Part shown: piece by piece, positions 1 to 14,316 of the stretch
Layout: the number at the start of each line of letters is the position of its first letter
Numbering within the stretch: position 1 is the first letter of the stretch
Assembly: GCF_006345805.1 (NCBI RefSeq)
Contig: NW_021832409.1
Span: 35,750 to 99,749, forward strand
Source: Octopus sinensis
Taxonomy: Eukaryota
Direction: 5' to 3'
Length of the DNA: 64,000 bases
Made by a program: the position numbers and the translations under genes
The notes under the pieces: generated by a model
What the model was told of the DNA's origin: nothing
The model's database searches: none
What the model saw: the letters and a program-made list of their open reading frames with translations, nothing else

Positions 1-16
1 GGTAATAATTATTACT

Positions 17-213
17 AAATTATAATTTAAGGTATCTAAGAGATACCACCACGCTGGAAATAGCAGTCAAATCTTGACTCTAAATCCACATTAAATGTTC
101 ATGCTAGTTTATTTTGTCTCTTTCTCTTCTCTCATGGTGCTGTATGAACATTTAATGTGGTTTTAGAGTCAAGTTTTGGGTGCTATTTCCTTAGATACTT
201 TAAATTATAATTT
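17..213. mobile_element. Short fold-back (MITE-like) element with imperfect inverted arms
   Basis: aaattataatttaaggtatctaag...gaaatagc...ttgactctaaatccacattaaatgttcat (17-102) is the near reverse complement of atgaacatttaatgtggttttagagtcaag...gctatttccttagatactttaaattataattt (144-213). Confidence 0.7.
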
Positions 214-276
214 TAATAATATATATGTATAAATATATTATATGATGTTATGTTCTAATATATTACAATATATTGT

Positions 277-326
<50 letters not shown>

Positions 327-336
327 TTATGTGAAT

Positions 337-367
<31 letters not shown>

Positions 368-798
368 GGCCTGTGTGTATTGGAAGGCGCGTATTAGTGT
401 ATGGAAATTTTTAAATGTTTATTGCAAACAGAAATGAAATACATACAAAAATCTCCGTAACCTTTTCATTCAATCAGATTAAATGTGTTATTTTGTTAAT
501 CTCATGCTCTGCGTATATTTATTTTCCTTTTAACAAATATATTTATATGTTTCATTGACAAATTTATAAATTATTAAATACGATTTGTGACAGAAATAAG
601 TTCAGTATCGTAGCCCAACACATCGTGAGAATGTGTGAAAATATATGTGAGTGTGTGTGTGTGTGTGTGGTGTGTGTGTGTGTGAATTTGTGTGTGTGCA
701 TTGTGTTTGTGTGTGTATCTTTGTGGGCGAATGTATGTATGTGTATGTATCTAACTATATGGTGTAAATATATCTATCTGTATTTACGTATATATATA

Positions 799-829
<31 letters not shown>

Positions 830-1291
830 ATATGTACCTAAAAATACATACAAATAGTTATATATATATATATTATGTACATATATATACATGTATATAT
901 ATGTATATATATATACATATATATTTATATATATACATATATATACATATATATATACATACATATTTATATATATTAAAATATACATATATATATATAT
1001 AATGAGAAATTCATACAAAAGCGTTCCAGCATGGCCGCAGTCTAATGAATTAAACAGTTAAAAGATAAATGAATAAAATAGTGATTCTATCAATAAAAAT
1101 CTGTACATGTATATATATGTACAGATGTATATGTGTATATATATATAATAATATATATATATACATTATATATATATATATACATATATATATTATATAA
1201 TATATAGATATATGTATATATATTATATATATATATATACATATATGTGTATATATATATGTATATATATATATATTATATGATATATATG

Positions 1292-1324
<33 letters not shown>

Positions 1325-2241
1325 GAATATGCATATACATATAAAGATAATTAGAGGCATCCCCATTTCATGGAAATATATAAATAACTGTGCTTGTGTC
1401 TGTATGTGTATACACACATAAACACATACAAACAGACACACACATATATATATAAACATACACCTATACACGCACAGCCTCACGGCGACACATGTGTATA
1501 TGTTTATATATATATAGATATATATATGCATATATGTATCTATATACATGTATATATATATAAATATGTACATATGTATATGTGTATAAATATGTATATG
1601 TCTTATGGCGGATTTAGAGCAATGCATAAGCTGCAATCCTCCCTCATTCATTCGGCGCTTTTACTCAGTTGTATCTCTGTGAATTTTATGAATTACTAAG
1701 TGACGCCAGAAGCCATATGACAGGTTATTGTCATGGAGGGCCAAAAGGCATGTAATTCTGAAATGACATAACTTAAAGTAAGAGAAGGTTCGTGATATAA
1801 AAAAGGGGCAAAAAATATATATTTAAACTCCTAAGCTGACAATCAACAAAGACTATCCTTTTAACAGCTTCCCAATGCTAGTTCTAATACATACATATAT
1901 GTATATATATAATGTATATATATATATATATATATAATATATATATATAAATATGTATATAAATAATATGTATACATATACATATATATATATATACTAT
2001 ATATATGTGTGTGTGTCTATGTACATATATATGTGTGTATATATATATATTTTATACTATATTGTATATATATATATCTATATATTATATTATATAATAT
2101 ATATATATAATATAATATATATATATATTATATATTATATATATAAATATACATAAATACATACATACATACGTACATATACTATATTCAGAACGGGAAC
2201 GGAGCATGGCTAAATATAAGTATGTTTTTCTACATAAATGC

Positions 2242-2274
<33 letters not shown>

Positions 2275-2613
2275 TGTATGTATGTATGTATATGTTTGTG
2301 TTTGTGTGTGCGTGTGTGTGTGTGTGTGTTCTTATGTGTGTATTGTGGGGCTGTAAACGTGCAGGTATTTAAACAAGTACGATTGCTATAAAAATTTATC
2401 TATATATTTAGTGAGAATATAAGCAGATGGTTTTATATAAATACATGTAAATCTATTTGCATAAACGTTGAAATCTGTATAAAACATTCATACATGTTAC
2501 CGCACGCACCTACTCACCCACATAGACAGACACTCCCACAGACACATCAATATATATATAGATACGCATGTCTGCACACATATATATATGTACGTATATC
2601 TATCTATATATCT

Positions 2614-2659
<46 letters not shown>

Positions 2660-2769
2660 TAGATAGATGTATGTATATAGATAGATAGATAGATATGTCT
2701 ACCTATGTATACATATGGTTGCTAAATTTATATATCTATCTATATATATAATGTATATGTATATATATG

Positions 2770-2807
<38 letters not shown>

Positions 2808-3724
2808 TACCTATGTTTGCTAAATTTATATATCTATCTATCTATCTATCTGTGTGTATATATAAATATATATATATATATATTATGTGTGTTATGCAAA
2901 CACACACTCAAACACACATACACATATATGCATATATACATTTATACATATGCATATATAGATAAATATATGCATACATACGTATCTATATATATACATA
3001 TATAGATATGCATATACAATAGGTAGATATATATATGTATGTATATGTGTGTTACATGTATGTATTTTCATATATACACAAGCATATATACTCATATATA
3101 TATATATATATATAGATATCCATACATAAGTGACGCATACATCTATTGATGTAAAGGAATGCATGTGTACAGAGTATCGTAAAATAAAATATGGAAGCTC
3201 AAACGTGCATACAAGGGAAAACCAGTAAACGGATATAAGTCTGTTAGTGTACATTTATTTCTATCGAGCAGCAAGCTTAACATTCTGATAATCCTATTAA
3301 GATAATCGGATTAATTATAGCTTGCTTTTAACAAATTTTTAAGATTTCTAGAAAATGGCGCTGTGAGAATGAAATTGTAATGTTTAATTGCTAGCACATA
3401 TCCTTTAGTTATTTGGCGGGCTGATCTTACATGGATGACCCATGCCTCTACATAACATACGTACTCTCATGTGCATGCCTGCGCACAAACATACGGACAG
3501 ACGCACACACACACATACACACTCAATTATGTATCTATGTCTACTCGTATGTACACACATGTAAGTTTGTTTCTCACATACATACATACGTATGCAAATA
3601 CAGACGTATTTATAAGCATTTCTGTTTTATGTACAAAGGTATGGCAGAACTTGTGTATGCTGCGAATATATATATGCATACACCACACACACACACATAT
3701 ACATATGTATATATACATAGTATC

Positions 3725-3778
<54 letters not shown>

Positions 3779-3817
3779 CTCTCTCTTCTATCTATCTATC
3801 TATCTATCTATCTACTA

Positions 3818-3876
<59 letters not shown>

Positions 3877-3884
3877 GTGATTGC

Positions 3885-4195
3885 GCATGGCTCAGTGGTT
3901 AAGCAACGAACTTACAACAGTGAGGTTGTGAGTTCGTATCCCAGAGCGGGCTGCGTGCTGTGTTCTTGAACAAGACACTTTATTTCACGTTGCTCCAGTT
4001 CCCTCAGCCGTAGAAATGAGTTGCGACGTCACTGGTGCCAAGCTGTATCGGCCTTTGCCTTTCCCTTGGCGTGGAGAGCGGAGGCTGGTATGCATGGGTT
4101 ACTGCTGTTCTTCCATAAACAATCTTCCCCGGACTTGTGCCTGGGACAGTAACCTTCTAGGTACAATCCCATAGTGATTCGTGACCGAAGCGGAA
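3885..4195 (+). mobile_element. tRNA-derived SINE
   Basis: Head gcgcatggctcagtggttaag (A box) and gagttcgtatccc (B box), followed by gtgttcttgaacaagacactttatttcacgttgctccagt, a SINE-type central segment also seen at ~9540 and ~56090. Confidence 0.75.
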
Positions 4196-4639
4196 CTCCG
4201 ATATACCGCTGCTATGTAAACGTTTGTTTTCGTTTTGCCGCAAAGGCATTTTTCAAATACGCCAGCCAAGATAAGTTAAAAATTGTCTAAAGTCGTAAGA
4301 CGCCCGCTGTTTTTGTCCTGCTTACCTTCTTGTTTTTTATTTCTATTTTTTGTTTCTTGTATTTATGTTCGTGTGGCACCCTGTCTTTGTTTCGTATACA
4401 TTCGATCCTCTTTCCAAGAAGTCTAATGCCTGTGGCTTAGTTTTTCATTGGGGCTGGCCGGTTCGGAGTGATATCGAAATTAAACAGCCGAAATTGCTAA
4501 GATGATCCGGTTCCGACAGAAGATTAGAGGCTTCGAGTGACCCGTCTGTTTTTTTTTTGTGTCGTCTCTTTGTGCGTTATTGCGTTCTTGTCCCACTTTG
4601 TAATTTATATTTTATATTTAATTTCTATACACACACACA

Positions 4640-4678
<39 letters not shown>

Positions 4679-5069
4679 ATAATATATCTATATATATATA
4701 ATATATATATTATATATATATATACATATATATGTATAATATATATATTATATATAGAGAGAGAGAGAAGATAGGTGAAATAATACATACATACTTGCAT
4801 GCATACTAACATACTAACATACATACAAACATACATACATACATACATACATACATACATACATACATACATACATACATACATACATACACACATACAT
4901 ACATACAAACGTACATACATAGGCAGACAGACAAACAAACAGGCATATAGATAGACCGAAAGTTGAGTATTTAAAGTTACAAAACCGCATAACTATTCTG
5001 CTCATTTCCCCTGTTGACAGTACCGAAAGAAAAATATCTGAGACCGTCCATCGGAACAGGAAACCCAAC

Positions 5070-5117
5070 TGCTACAAATATGGAAGCAAAGGTTATCTTA
5101 GCACACCCTGCCCAGAA
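5070..5117 (+). pseudogene. Degenerate gag/ORF1-like zinc knuckle relic
   Basis: Translates CYKYGSKGYLSTPCPE: exact CX2CX4HX4C spacing, with the second C and the H each one transition away (tgt>tat, cat>tat). Confidence 0.35.
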
Positions 5118-5633
5118 GTTCTGGAAAATTCGTTAAAAGTGTATACTACGAATGCTATGCTAGATATTTATCCGAAATTTGAAAAATCACAAGTTCGGGA
5201 CAAAGTACTGTTACCGAGGATTTTTTCTTTCTCTTCTTTTTCTTTAAGTTTCTGACCCACATACTAAATGTATTCACAGAGACGTATTTGTACATCAGTT
5301 TCAAGAAATGCCAGACGACTAAATAGCCAGGCAATTGGTTAATGGGAGACTGCCCGAATCGCTAAAGCATTGGTCAAATTATCTTTGTTGTTACGCAAAT
5401 TATCATTATTTGTCGTTACGCTTCTCGTTTTATTTTCAAACCCGGCCGAAATCATTTGTGCTTTCATCCGCTTTGCTCGAGGACACAGAGTGCCATTCAA
5501 ATAGTGTTTTCAATTCAATCGACTCAAACATTTTCCATATTTCCCAGGTCTTGTTCTCGCCTCCGTAACAGGGCAAATAAAACAGACTATTATTATTATT
5601 ATTATTATTATTTTAATTATTTTTATTAGCATC

Positions 5634-5706
<73 letters not shown>

Positions 5707-5739
5707 CATCATAATCATCATCATAATCATCATCATCCC

Positions 5740-5781
<42 letters not shown>

Positions 5782-5792
5782 TATTATTATTA

Positions 5793-6318
5793 GTGAGTGA
5801 GAGAGTAGCGCATGGCATCAAAGTGACGCTAGGATATAATATACTCATCATGACTACCCATCTGATAAGTGTACACATGGCACATTCATTAACATAAGTG
5901 TGTGACATGGTGATCTTATATCAAGATGAACAGCGCATGACTTTTCAGGTGGAGACCCAGTTAGATTTTTTTTCGTGTCAATTAGCGCATCCCGCTCAAA
6001 CATTCTTTCAATAAGGGTTGTTTAAGGATATTAAACAAGACACTCATGTTACCAGAGGTGAATTATCTCCCCCCCCAAAAAAAAAATTCCTCTCAACACA
6101 TAGCTATGATGCTCCCCCACTACATCTGCCCGTGATCAGAGATCCACATATCATCAGCCACCATGGGACATGCTCAACTGATTAAAGTCAAGAAACTGAG
6201 AGGTAAATCTGTGGTATTGGGCAGAATATTTGCTGTAGCCCATCTTTTATATTAAGACAAAACAATGTACATGATAAAACTTCCAATCATTTAAGATCAG
6301 AATCCATGAGACCCATTT
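5793..6318 (-). mobile_element. Non-coding (TAA)n-tailed retroposon ('family D'), copy 1
   Basis: Co-linear with 47170-47637 over ~470 bp (tgagtgagagag...catcaaagtgac...gtagcccatctttta); tta/tca tract at the left end. Confidence 0.7.
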
Positions 6319-6346
6319 ATTATTATTATTATTCATATCATCATCA

Positions 6347-6397
<51 letters not shown>

Positions 6398-6517
6398 TAT
6401 TATTATTATTGTTATTATTGTTATTGTTGTTGTTGTTGTTGGTATTATTATTATTATTGTTATTATTATTATTATAATTATTATTATTATTATTATTACT
6501 ACTACTACTACTACTAC

Positions 6518-6549
<32 letters not shown>

Positions 6550-6560
6550 TATTATTATTA

Positions 6561-7255
6561 TTCAGTCGTTTTATTTTTATAGCGTGCTTTCACTTCAATA
6601 CCGCGCGCAGCTCTGTGTGCCTTGGGTATGTGCTGTGATTTGTTGTGATGCTCTAATGGTTATTGTATGGAAAGTGTTCTGCGTAGGATTTGTGCAGTGC
6701 CTAGTAGTGCAAATTTCTGTATGTTATATGTGTTTGTAAGTCCTGGTATTTTTGTTATGTATTTGTCTGAATATTTTTTTATCATGCCTAATGCACCTAC
6801 TATGATAGGGATTGTTTCTGTTTTTAGATTCCACATTCTGGTTACCTCTATTTCCAGGTCTTTGTATTTTGAAAGTTTCTCCATTTCTTTTAGAGACACG
6901 TTGTTATCTGCCGGTATTGATACATCAATTCGAAAGCATTTTTTCTTCATGATCTCTGACAACTATATCTGGTCTGTTGGCCTTAATTTCTCTATCTGTG
7001 TGTATTGGCATATCCCAGAGTATGGTTGCTTTCTCGTTTTCTGTGACCTTTTCTTGTGTGTGCCTATACCATCTTTTTTCTGTTGTTATTCCATAATGTT
7101 GGCATAGCTTCCAGTGTATGTAGGTTCCAACTCTGTCATGTCTGTGAATATATTCCTTCTTAGTCAGCACTGGGCAGCCAGAGATAATATGATTTATTGT
7201 TTCTTGTCCATCTCCACATATTCTGCAGTTACTTATTATATTTCTTTTCATTACG
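6561..7255 (-). mobile_element. 5'-truncated R4/Dong-type non-LTR retrotransposon (CCHC finger plus restriction-like endonuclease)
   Basis: ORFs 6925-7251 and 6660-6962, joined by a frameshift: CRICGDGQETINHIISGC, HDRVGTYIHWKLC, NRPDIVVRD, DVSIPAD, EKLSKYKDLEIEV, IPIIVGALG, ALLGTAQILRR. (TTA)n lies at the 3' side. Confidence 0.9.
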
Positions 7256-7296
7256 TTTTTGGTAATTTTTGGTGAGGAGGCTTTTATTACTATACT

Positions 7297-7550
<254 letters not shown>

Positions 7551-7554
7551 AATA

Positions 7555-7641
7555 TTACTATAAAAATAATGATAATAATAAAATAATAATAATAATAATA
7601 AAATAATAATAATAATAATAATAATAATATAATAATATAAA

Positions 7642-7675
<34 letters not shown>

Positions 7676-7710
7676 TAATATAATAATAATAATAATAATA
7701 AAAATAATAC

Positions 7711-7752
<42 letters not shown>

Positions 7753-7816
7753 TAATAATAATAATAATACTAATAATAAAAATAATAATAATAAAATAAT
7801 AATAATAATAATAAAA

Positions 7817-7883
<67 letters not shown>

Positions 7884-7893
7884 TAATAATAAC

Positions 7894-7926
<33 letters not shown>

Positions 7927-8078
7927 TAATATAATAATAAATAATAATAATATAATAATAAAAAAATAATAATAATAATAATTAATAATAATAATAATCA
8001 TAATAATATAATAATAAAAAAATAATAATAATAATAAATAATAATATAATAATAATAATATATAATAATAATAATATA

Positions 8079-8126
<48 letters not shown>
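7555..8126. repeat. (AAT)n tract switching to (ATT)n
   Basis: Degenerate aat repeat to ~8075, then tta repeat to ~8125. Confidence 0.9.
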
Positions 8127-8127
<1 letters not shown>

Positions 8128-8135
<8 letters not shown>

Positions 8136-8447
8136 TTTATATGTTTGACTTTTGCTTTGTATTTGTACAAATTGGCTCCAAGTCTCAACCAGAGACCTCA
8201 AGAGACAACATATTAGAAGTTCCTGTCGGTATTATGCCTAGGATGCCATATATTTGGTTTTGTAAATAGTATTGTTCTGGAGAATGTTTAAGAAAACATA
8301 AGAAAATGCGTGTTTGTTTTAATATTTGAGATTATATAGACAGAATTTTACGTAGGATATGGGCAGTTCCCATGAACACTATCTTTTGAATTTCTACCAT
8401 TTTGGTGTTTCCTGGTATCAGAGCTAGGTAGCAATCAGCCCCTTTTG
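8128..8447 (-). mobile_element. R4/Dong-type 3' fragment (family Y, same family as the long copy)
   Basis: Minus strand reads KGADCYLALIPGNTKMVEIQKIVFMGTAHILRKILSY*; the 3' UTR matches 47655-47990. Confidence 0.85.
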
Positions 8448-8510
8448 CTATTATTATTTTTGTTATTATTATCATGATTATTATTATTATCATTATTATT
8501 ATTATTATTG

Positions 8511-8581
<71 letters not shown>

Positions 8582-8668
8582 TTATTATTATTGTTGTTGT
8601 TGTTGTTTATTATTACTATTATTATTATTATTATTATTATTTTACTATTATTATTATTATATTATTAA

Positions 8669-8705
<37 letters not shown>

Positions 8706-9469
8706 ATCATCATTATTATTATTATTATTATTATTAGCAATTACATTTTAATATCATTTTCCATTTTATATCTTTTAATATTTCCTTCCATTCTCTGCCC
8801 AGCTTTTTTACCTTGTTTGTGTTGTTCTTGTTCTTTTGTGTTGTTGTAAATATTTTTTATTGTTGTTATTGATATTAATTTTTTTCATTTATTATTTTTT
8901 CCTAATATTATTTGTATTAATATTCTAGAATTTATTGCTATTCTTCTCCTTTATCTATTTATTATTTTCGCCTCCTCTCCTCCTACCCTCCTCCTCCTCC
9001 TCTACTCTTCTAGATGTGACTCATGCGATGAAAAATAATTCAATTAAAAAAGAGACACGATATAATAACCGAGTATAATATAAAAAAATATACAAATGCT
9101 ATTCCAGCTTTGCTATTCTCCATCGATAAATCGATATATTTATTTTGAAATCCTTCATCTTTAACTCTTCCTTGTATCATCTATGTGATATTGTATGCTT
9201 AATATTTCGGGCATTGTAGATTTTTCAGAGATACTGTTGATAACATCGTGTTTTCTTCTTGTCTTATTGTTCATACATGCTTTGCATTCATTGCGTCAAT
9301 GAAAGACATTGGTGAATATTCTGTGCCTGACATATCGCCCGTATTCCTATTTTATTTAGCGTAGCCTAAATTATATATGTATATGTGTATGTATGCATTG
9401 TGTGTGTGTGTACGTTTTGTGTATGTGTGTGTACGTTGTGTGTGTGTGTATGCGTGCGTGTTTGGTGGT

Positions 9470-9622
9470 ACGTGTCCTAATGGTTAGAGTGTTGCACTCA
9501 CGAACATTAGATCGTGGTTTCGGTTCCGGAACAGGGCAGCTCACTGTGTACTTGAGCAAAACATTTTATTCAACGTTACTCCAGCTCAATCTGCCGTAAA
9601 TGGGTAGCCCTGCAGCGACGTT
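9470..9622 (+). mobile_element. Decayed tRNA-derived SINE
   Basis: gtgtcctaatggttagagtg (A box), gtggtttcggttcc (B box), cttgagcaaaacattttattcaacgttactccag. Confidence 0.6.
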
Positions 9623-9739
9623 CCTTTCCGATCAGTCAGAAGTGCATCGTGACCAGCGATGTAAAACATGATCGGATAGACTACTGGTCTGATCAATAAG
9701 TATCCGGATTGTTACCATACACTCCTCTCCATATACTTT

Positions 9740-10075
9740 TTGGAACATTGACAGTATAAGCTGGAAAGATAGGGTAACAATCACTTTTATTGGAAAACCT
9801 GAAAGTTCAAAGACACCGATTGTTGGAAATGAAATCCAAAAGTTATATTTTTAGAGATACGATTTGTCTTGTGTTATTGCCAAAGACAATCCTGACAGGA
9901 AGTGCCGATGGGCCGGGTGCAAACGGCTGCTAAAAAAAAATTGTGTACTGATGACATCAAAGGATAGCCCGGAAACTAGAGCTTGGCTGATTGCATGTAT
10001 GCTATACAACAGAGAGGGATGTGGTGAATCATGGAATATCGACTCCCGAATACTGAAGGAAACCTGGCTGATATA
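9740..10075 (+). mobile_element. Decayed LINE 3' end, RTE-like
   Basis: Fragments ISWKDRVT and CTDDIKG resemble the RTE ORF C-terminus (ISW.DRVTNE...W.DDIK); multiple frameshifts. Confidence 0.45.
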
Positions 10076-11180
10076 AAACAAGTTGCCATTAAATTAAATG
10101 TTCATTCAAGAGTGCATGTATATTAGAGTACATTCAACAGTTTATTAGAGTACATGTTAAGTTTTGCAAAGGAAGTGTTGACAGTGTTTTCCAAGTCTAG
10201 GATGCCGCAAAAGATATTACTTAGAAGCCTCTCCCATTCTTTCGCTAAATGTTTTAGTACCTATGAAGCATGGTTTTCGGAAAAAGAAACAAAAAAGAAA
10301 CAAAAAGGTTCGTATGTAAGTCTTTTCAAACTTGATCTTGCGGAACATCCAGGGTTTCCCAGATGAGAGGACATAACTGCACCAAAACTGACGCTCTATT
10401 CAATTGCCCAGATTGAGGCAACGGGAAATGGAATAACTGGAAGTAGAAAGGCACAGTCTTGTTGGCAACTGCGTCACACTGATACTGCACGAAGATTAAG
10501 TTCCGAATACCCGAGTGGATAGAATAATCAGCCACTTGTACATTATTTCACGGATAGAAAATTCAGTTAATGGAAGAACTCGATATTCAACCGTGGGACG
10601 AGCGAAGACGATCAACATCACCATTGCCACAATTCTCCCGCTTATAGCAAAAAGCAAGAACCGAATGCCAAACCGTCCAAGGCGGAAATTTCATTTATTT
10701 GATACCTGCGCAATCAAGGAAGACTTTTATATAAACAACGACAACAACAACAACAAGTGGTTTAGTACTTTATATCATTTAATGGTTGTTTCAAGTTTTT
10801 TGTTGAATGTACGAGTTTCTTTGTTGGTGTTTGTCTACAACTGGACATTTTTTGCTCCGAGGTGTAAAATTATATTTATAGATTGAAATGTTTGTTTTAC
10901 TTCGAAATGAGTAATTTTCTTGTTTTCATTTCAGCAGTCACGTGTTTCAAGTTCCTGCTGCTGTTGCTGGTTGTTAGTGGTGGTGGTGGTTGTTAGTGGT
11001 GGTGGTTGTTAGTGGTGGTGGTGGTGGTGGTTGTGGTGGTGGTGGTTGTTAGTGGTGGCACTTCTTCAGCAACGAAAACGACTAAAAACGAAAACAACGG
11101 ATATACGTAACTGAGTAAACTTGTGATTGGGCTGCATAAGTAGAATATGTATTCAATAAGACATGGAAAAGAGAGATGCG

Positions 11181-11212
<32 letters not shown>

Positions 11213-11561
11213 GGGAGAGAGAGGGAGAGACAAAAGTGATGGATGGGGAGAAAATGGGTAAAAGAGGGAGATGGACAGGTAGACAGACACACAGTCAGAC
11301 AAACATACAAACAGGAAGATGGAGAAATAGATTGATAGAAAAGTAGAAAGCTTGTTTGATTGATCGAGTGATTGATGGAATGGTTGATTAACAGACATAT
11401 GCATATGTATATATATATACGTATATATGTATATATATATATATGTGTATGTATGTATGTATGTATGTATGTATATATATATATATATAAATGTATGTAT
11501 GCATGTATGTATGTATAGATAGATAATAGAGAGGGGAGTGGATGGATAAATAAATAGATTG

Positions 11562-11623
<62 letters not shown>

Positions 11624-12724
11624 GGTGATATATTTATGTGTGTGTGTGTGTGTGTGTGTTGTACCGAACAGAGAGAGTTTGAGAGGAGAAATGTACTTTT
11701 TGAAAGAATTATCAACATTAATGCGGGTACACGCATTTAAGCAATGTCACGTGCCATATTAGTTGCGATGTAGAGACAAGTTTCTGTTCAATTGATAAAG
11801 CAACGATGTCGCTTTAACCCCCACCGTCTTACTTACCAACGCATTTTAAAATTTCCTTCGCAACCTTTCTCTTCCATCCCGTATTTATTTATTTATTTAC
11901 TTATTTATTTCCTTTATTTATTTATTTCCTTTATATTATTTCTCGGTTTTTATTCGCTTTTTTACGATCCTTATACAATGTTCATGCCGATCGCCATTTT
12001 ATAATTTTATTCCTATTGACTCTCGTTCTTTCATTGAAGTATTTTCGTTTTCCCTTCATTTTGTTTCTACATTTTTATATTTTTGCTATCATTTGTCTTT
12101 TTTTCTTTTTGCTTGTTCGTTTTATTTCTTTCAGTCATTAGCTGCGACCATGTTTGGGCACCCACCACCTTGAATTATATTTATAGATTGAAATTACTCC
12201 CGCTACGTAAACCTCGGATACGTATTGCATTGGACTCTTTCGTCGAACTGCTAATTGACGGTGACATAAACAAAGCAACAACGGTTGTCGAGTTTGAGGG
12301 AGAACAAACACAAACTCAAAGACACACGCACACACTCACACTCACACAATCACACACACAGATATGTATACAGTGGGCTTCCACGCAGTTTCTTCCTATC
12401 AAATTTACTCACAATGCATTACTCAGCCCAGAGATAGGGCAGAGGTTATTCGCTCCAGAGTGGAGGCACATGGCCTAGTGGTTCTCTCACTCTTTCCTCA
12501 TGCATCTTGCAGCTCACCAGTGACGGACCGACGTTCCATCCAGGTGGCGAACCTATACGTCAAGGAAACCGGGAAACCGGCCCTTATAAGCCACGCATGG
12601 CTCGAGAAGGAACAAACAATTTGCCCCAGATGCCACGCGCTAGAACTGAACCCCAAATCACATGGTTGCAAGGCAAGCTTCTTAGCTCCACGGTGATACA
12701 AGCGCCTATATAAAATTATTTTAG

Positions 12725-12936
12725 GGCAGCGAGCTGGCAGAAACATTAGCACGCCGGACAAAATGCTTAGCGGCATTTTGTCTGTCTTTACGTTCTGAGT
12801 TCAAATTCTGCCGAGGTCGACTTTGGCTTTCATCCTGTCGGGGTCGATAAATTAAGTACCACTTGCGTTCTGGGGTCGATCTAACCGACTGACCCCCTCC
12901 CCCAAAATTTCGGGCCTTGTGCCTATAGTAGAAAAG
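12725..12936 (+). mobile_element. tRNA-derived SINE with Meta-like central domain
   Basis: gagctggcagaaacattagc...ctgagttcaaattctgccgaggtcgactttggctttcatcctgtcggggtcgataaattaagtacc; the most abundant dispersed repeat in the window. Confidence 0.85.
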
Positions 12937-12948
12937 TAAATTTTTTTA

Positions 12949-13120
12949 AGGCGGAGAGCTGGCAGAAACGTGAGCACGCCGGGTGAAATGCTTAGCGGTA
13001 TTTTGTCTGGCGTTACGTTCTGAGTTCAAATTTCGCCAAGGTCGAATTTGCCTTTCATCCTATCACAGTCGATTAAATGAGTACAAGTTACGCACTGAGG
13101 TTGATGTAACCGACTTAATC
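12949..13120 (+). mobile_element. Same SINE family, tandem second copy
   Basis: gagctggcagaaacgtgagcacgccggg...gagttcaaatttcgccaaggtcgaatttgcctttcatcc. Confidence 0.8.
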
Positions 13121-13464
13121 CATATGAGCGTGTCCACACACCCTCATATAGAACTGTATACTTGCGCATACCACCCCTTCCTACCTCCCCTCCAACACCC
13201 TGACCGTTTTCTTGTCTATCATGCGGTCGATTTCCTGTCTACCACGTGGTAGTTCAACATGGAGTGTTTACCAACTAACTGTCGTCACTGATATACAGTT
13301 ATAACAAAAAACCACGAAAGCATGTGACCTTCGCCGTCCAATCGCAGCCCACCTTATGGTAATAACTATCAATTTCTTTCATTCAAATTCAAAATGGCTG
13401 AAGATTAGAGTCACGCCTGAAACCCTTTGAGTACCAACGAATTTGAATCAAACACTTTTGATCC

Positions 13465-13507
<43 letters not shown>

Positions 13508-13521
13508 ACACGCACACTTAA

Positions 13522-13660
13522 ATATATATACATGCGACAGGCTTCTTTCAGTTTCCGTCAATCAAATTCATCCTAAAAGGTTTGGCATTCTCGAGGCTAT
13601 AGTAGAAGGCACTTGCTCGTGTTGTGGTGGCAGGTAGTGGGGCTGAACCTGGAATTATGC
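13522..13660 (-). mobile_element. Fragment of a second tRNA-SINE family
   Basis: gacaggcttctttcagtttccgtc...gaggctatagtagaaggcacttgc; related pieces at ~12600-12690, 26125-26250 and 35430-35530. Confidence 0.65.
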
Positions 13661-13809
13661 TCCGTTATTTCCTTAAACATTAGTCGACTCTTATTCAATG
13701 TTCTTTCCTGTATGTCCTCACAGTTTGCGATTTCGAAATCTTTGCTCTTGTCCACGACGCTGTTGACGATGAGTTTGTTGCTGCTGATGATGCGGTTTGT
13801 TGTGCTAAC

Positions 13810-14232
13810 GATGACGACGATGATGATAACAATGATGATGATAATGATGATGATGGTGATGGTGTTCATGACGACGACAACGACGATGACGACGACGACG
13901 ACGACAACGACGATGACAACGACGACGATGACGACAATGATGATGATAATGATTACGATAATGATGATGATGACGATGATGTTCATGATGACGACGACGA
14001 CAACAACGATGACGACGATGATGATGATAATGATTACGATAATGATGATGATGATGATGATGTTCATGACGACGACGACGACAACGATGACGACGATGAT
14101 GAAGATAATGATTACGATAATGATGATGATGATGATGATGATGTTCATGACGATGACGTCGACAACGATGACGACGATAACGATGACGACGATGATGATG
14201 ATGATGATGATGATGACGACAACGACAATGAC

Positions 14233-14268
<36 letters not shown>

Positions 14269-14316
14269 AATGATTACGATAATAATGATGATGATAGTAA
14301 TAGTAGTAGTAAGTAG
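13810..14316. repeat. (GAT/GAC/AAC)n trinucleotide array with higher-order units
   Basis: Marker gttcatga recurs at 13864, 13981, 14062 and 14143. Confidence 0.85.

Noticed and set aside
625-3902. Many 60-150-aa ORFs rich in [16 protein letters not shown] (also throughout the window)
   Set aside because: They are translations of (TA)n, (TG)n and (TATC)n microsatellites, which lack stops by composition and have no domain content.
10400-10730. NRPRRKF-containing segment resembling a LINE C-terminus
   Set aside because: Too short and degenerate to assign.
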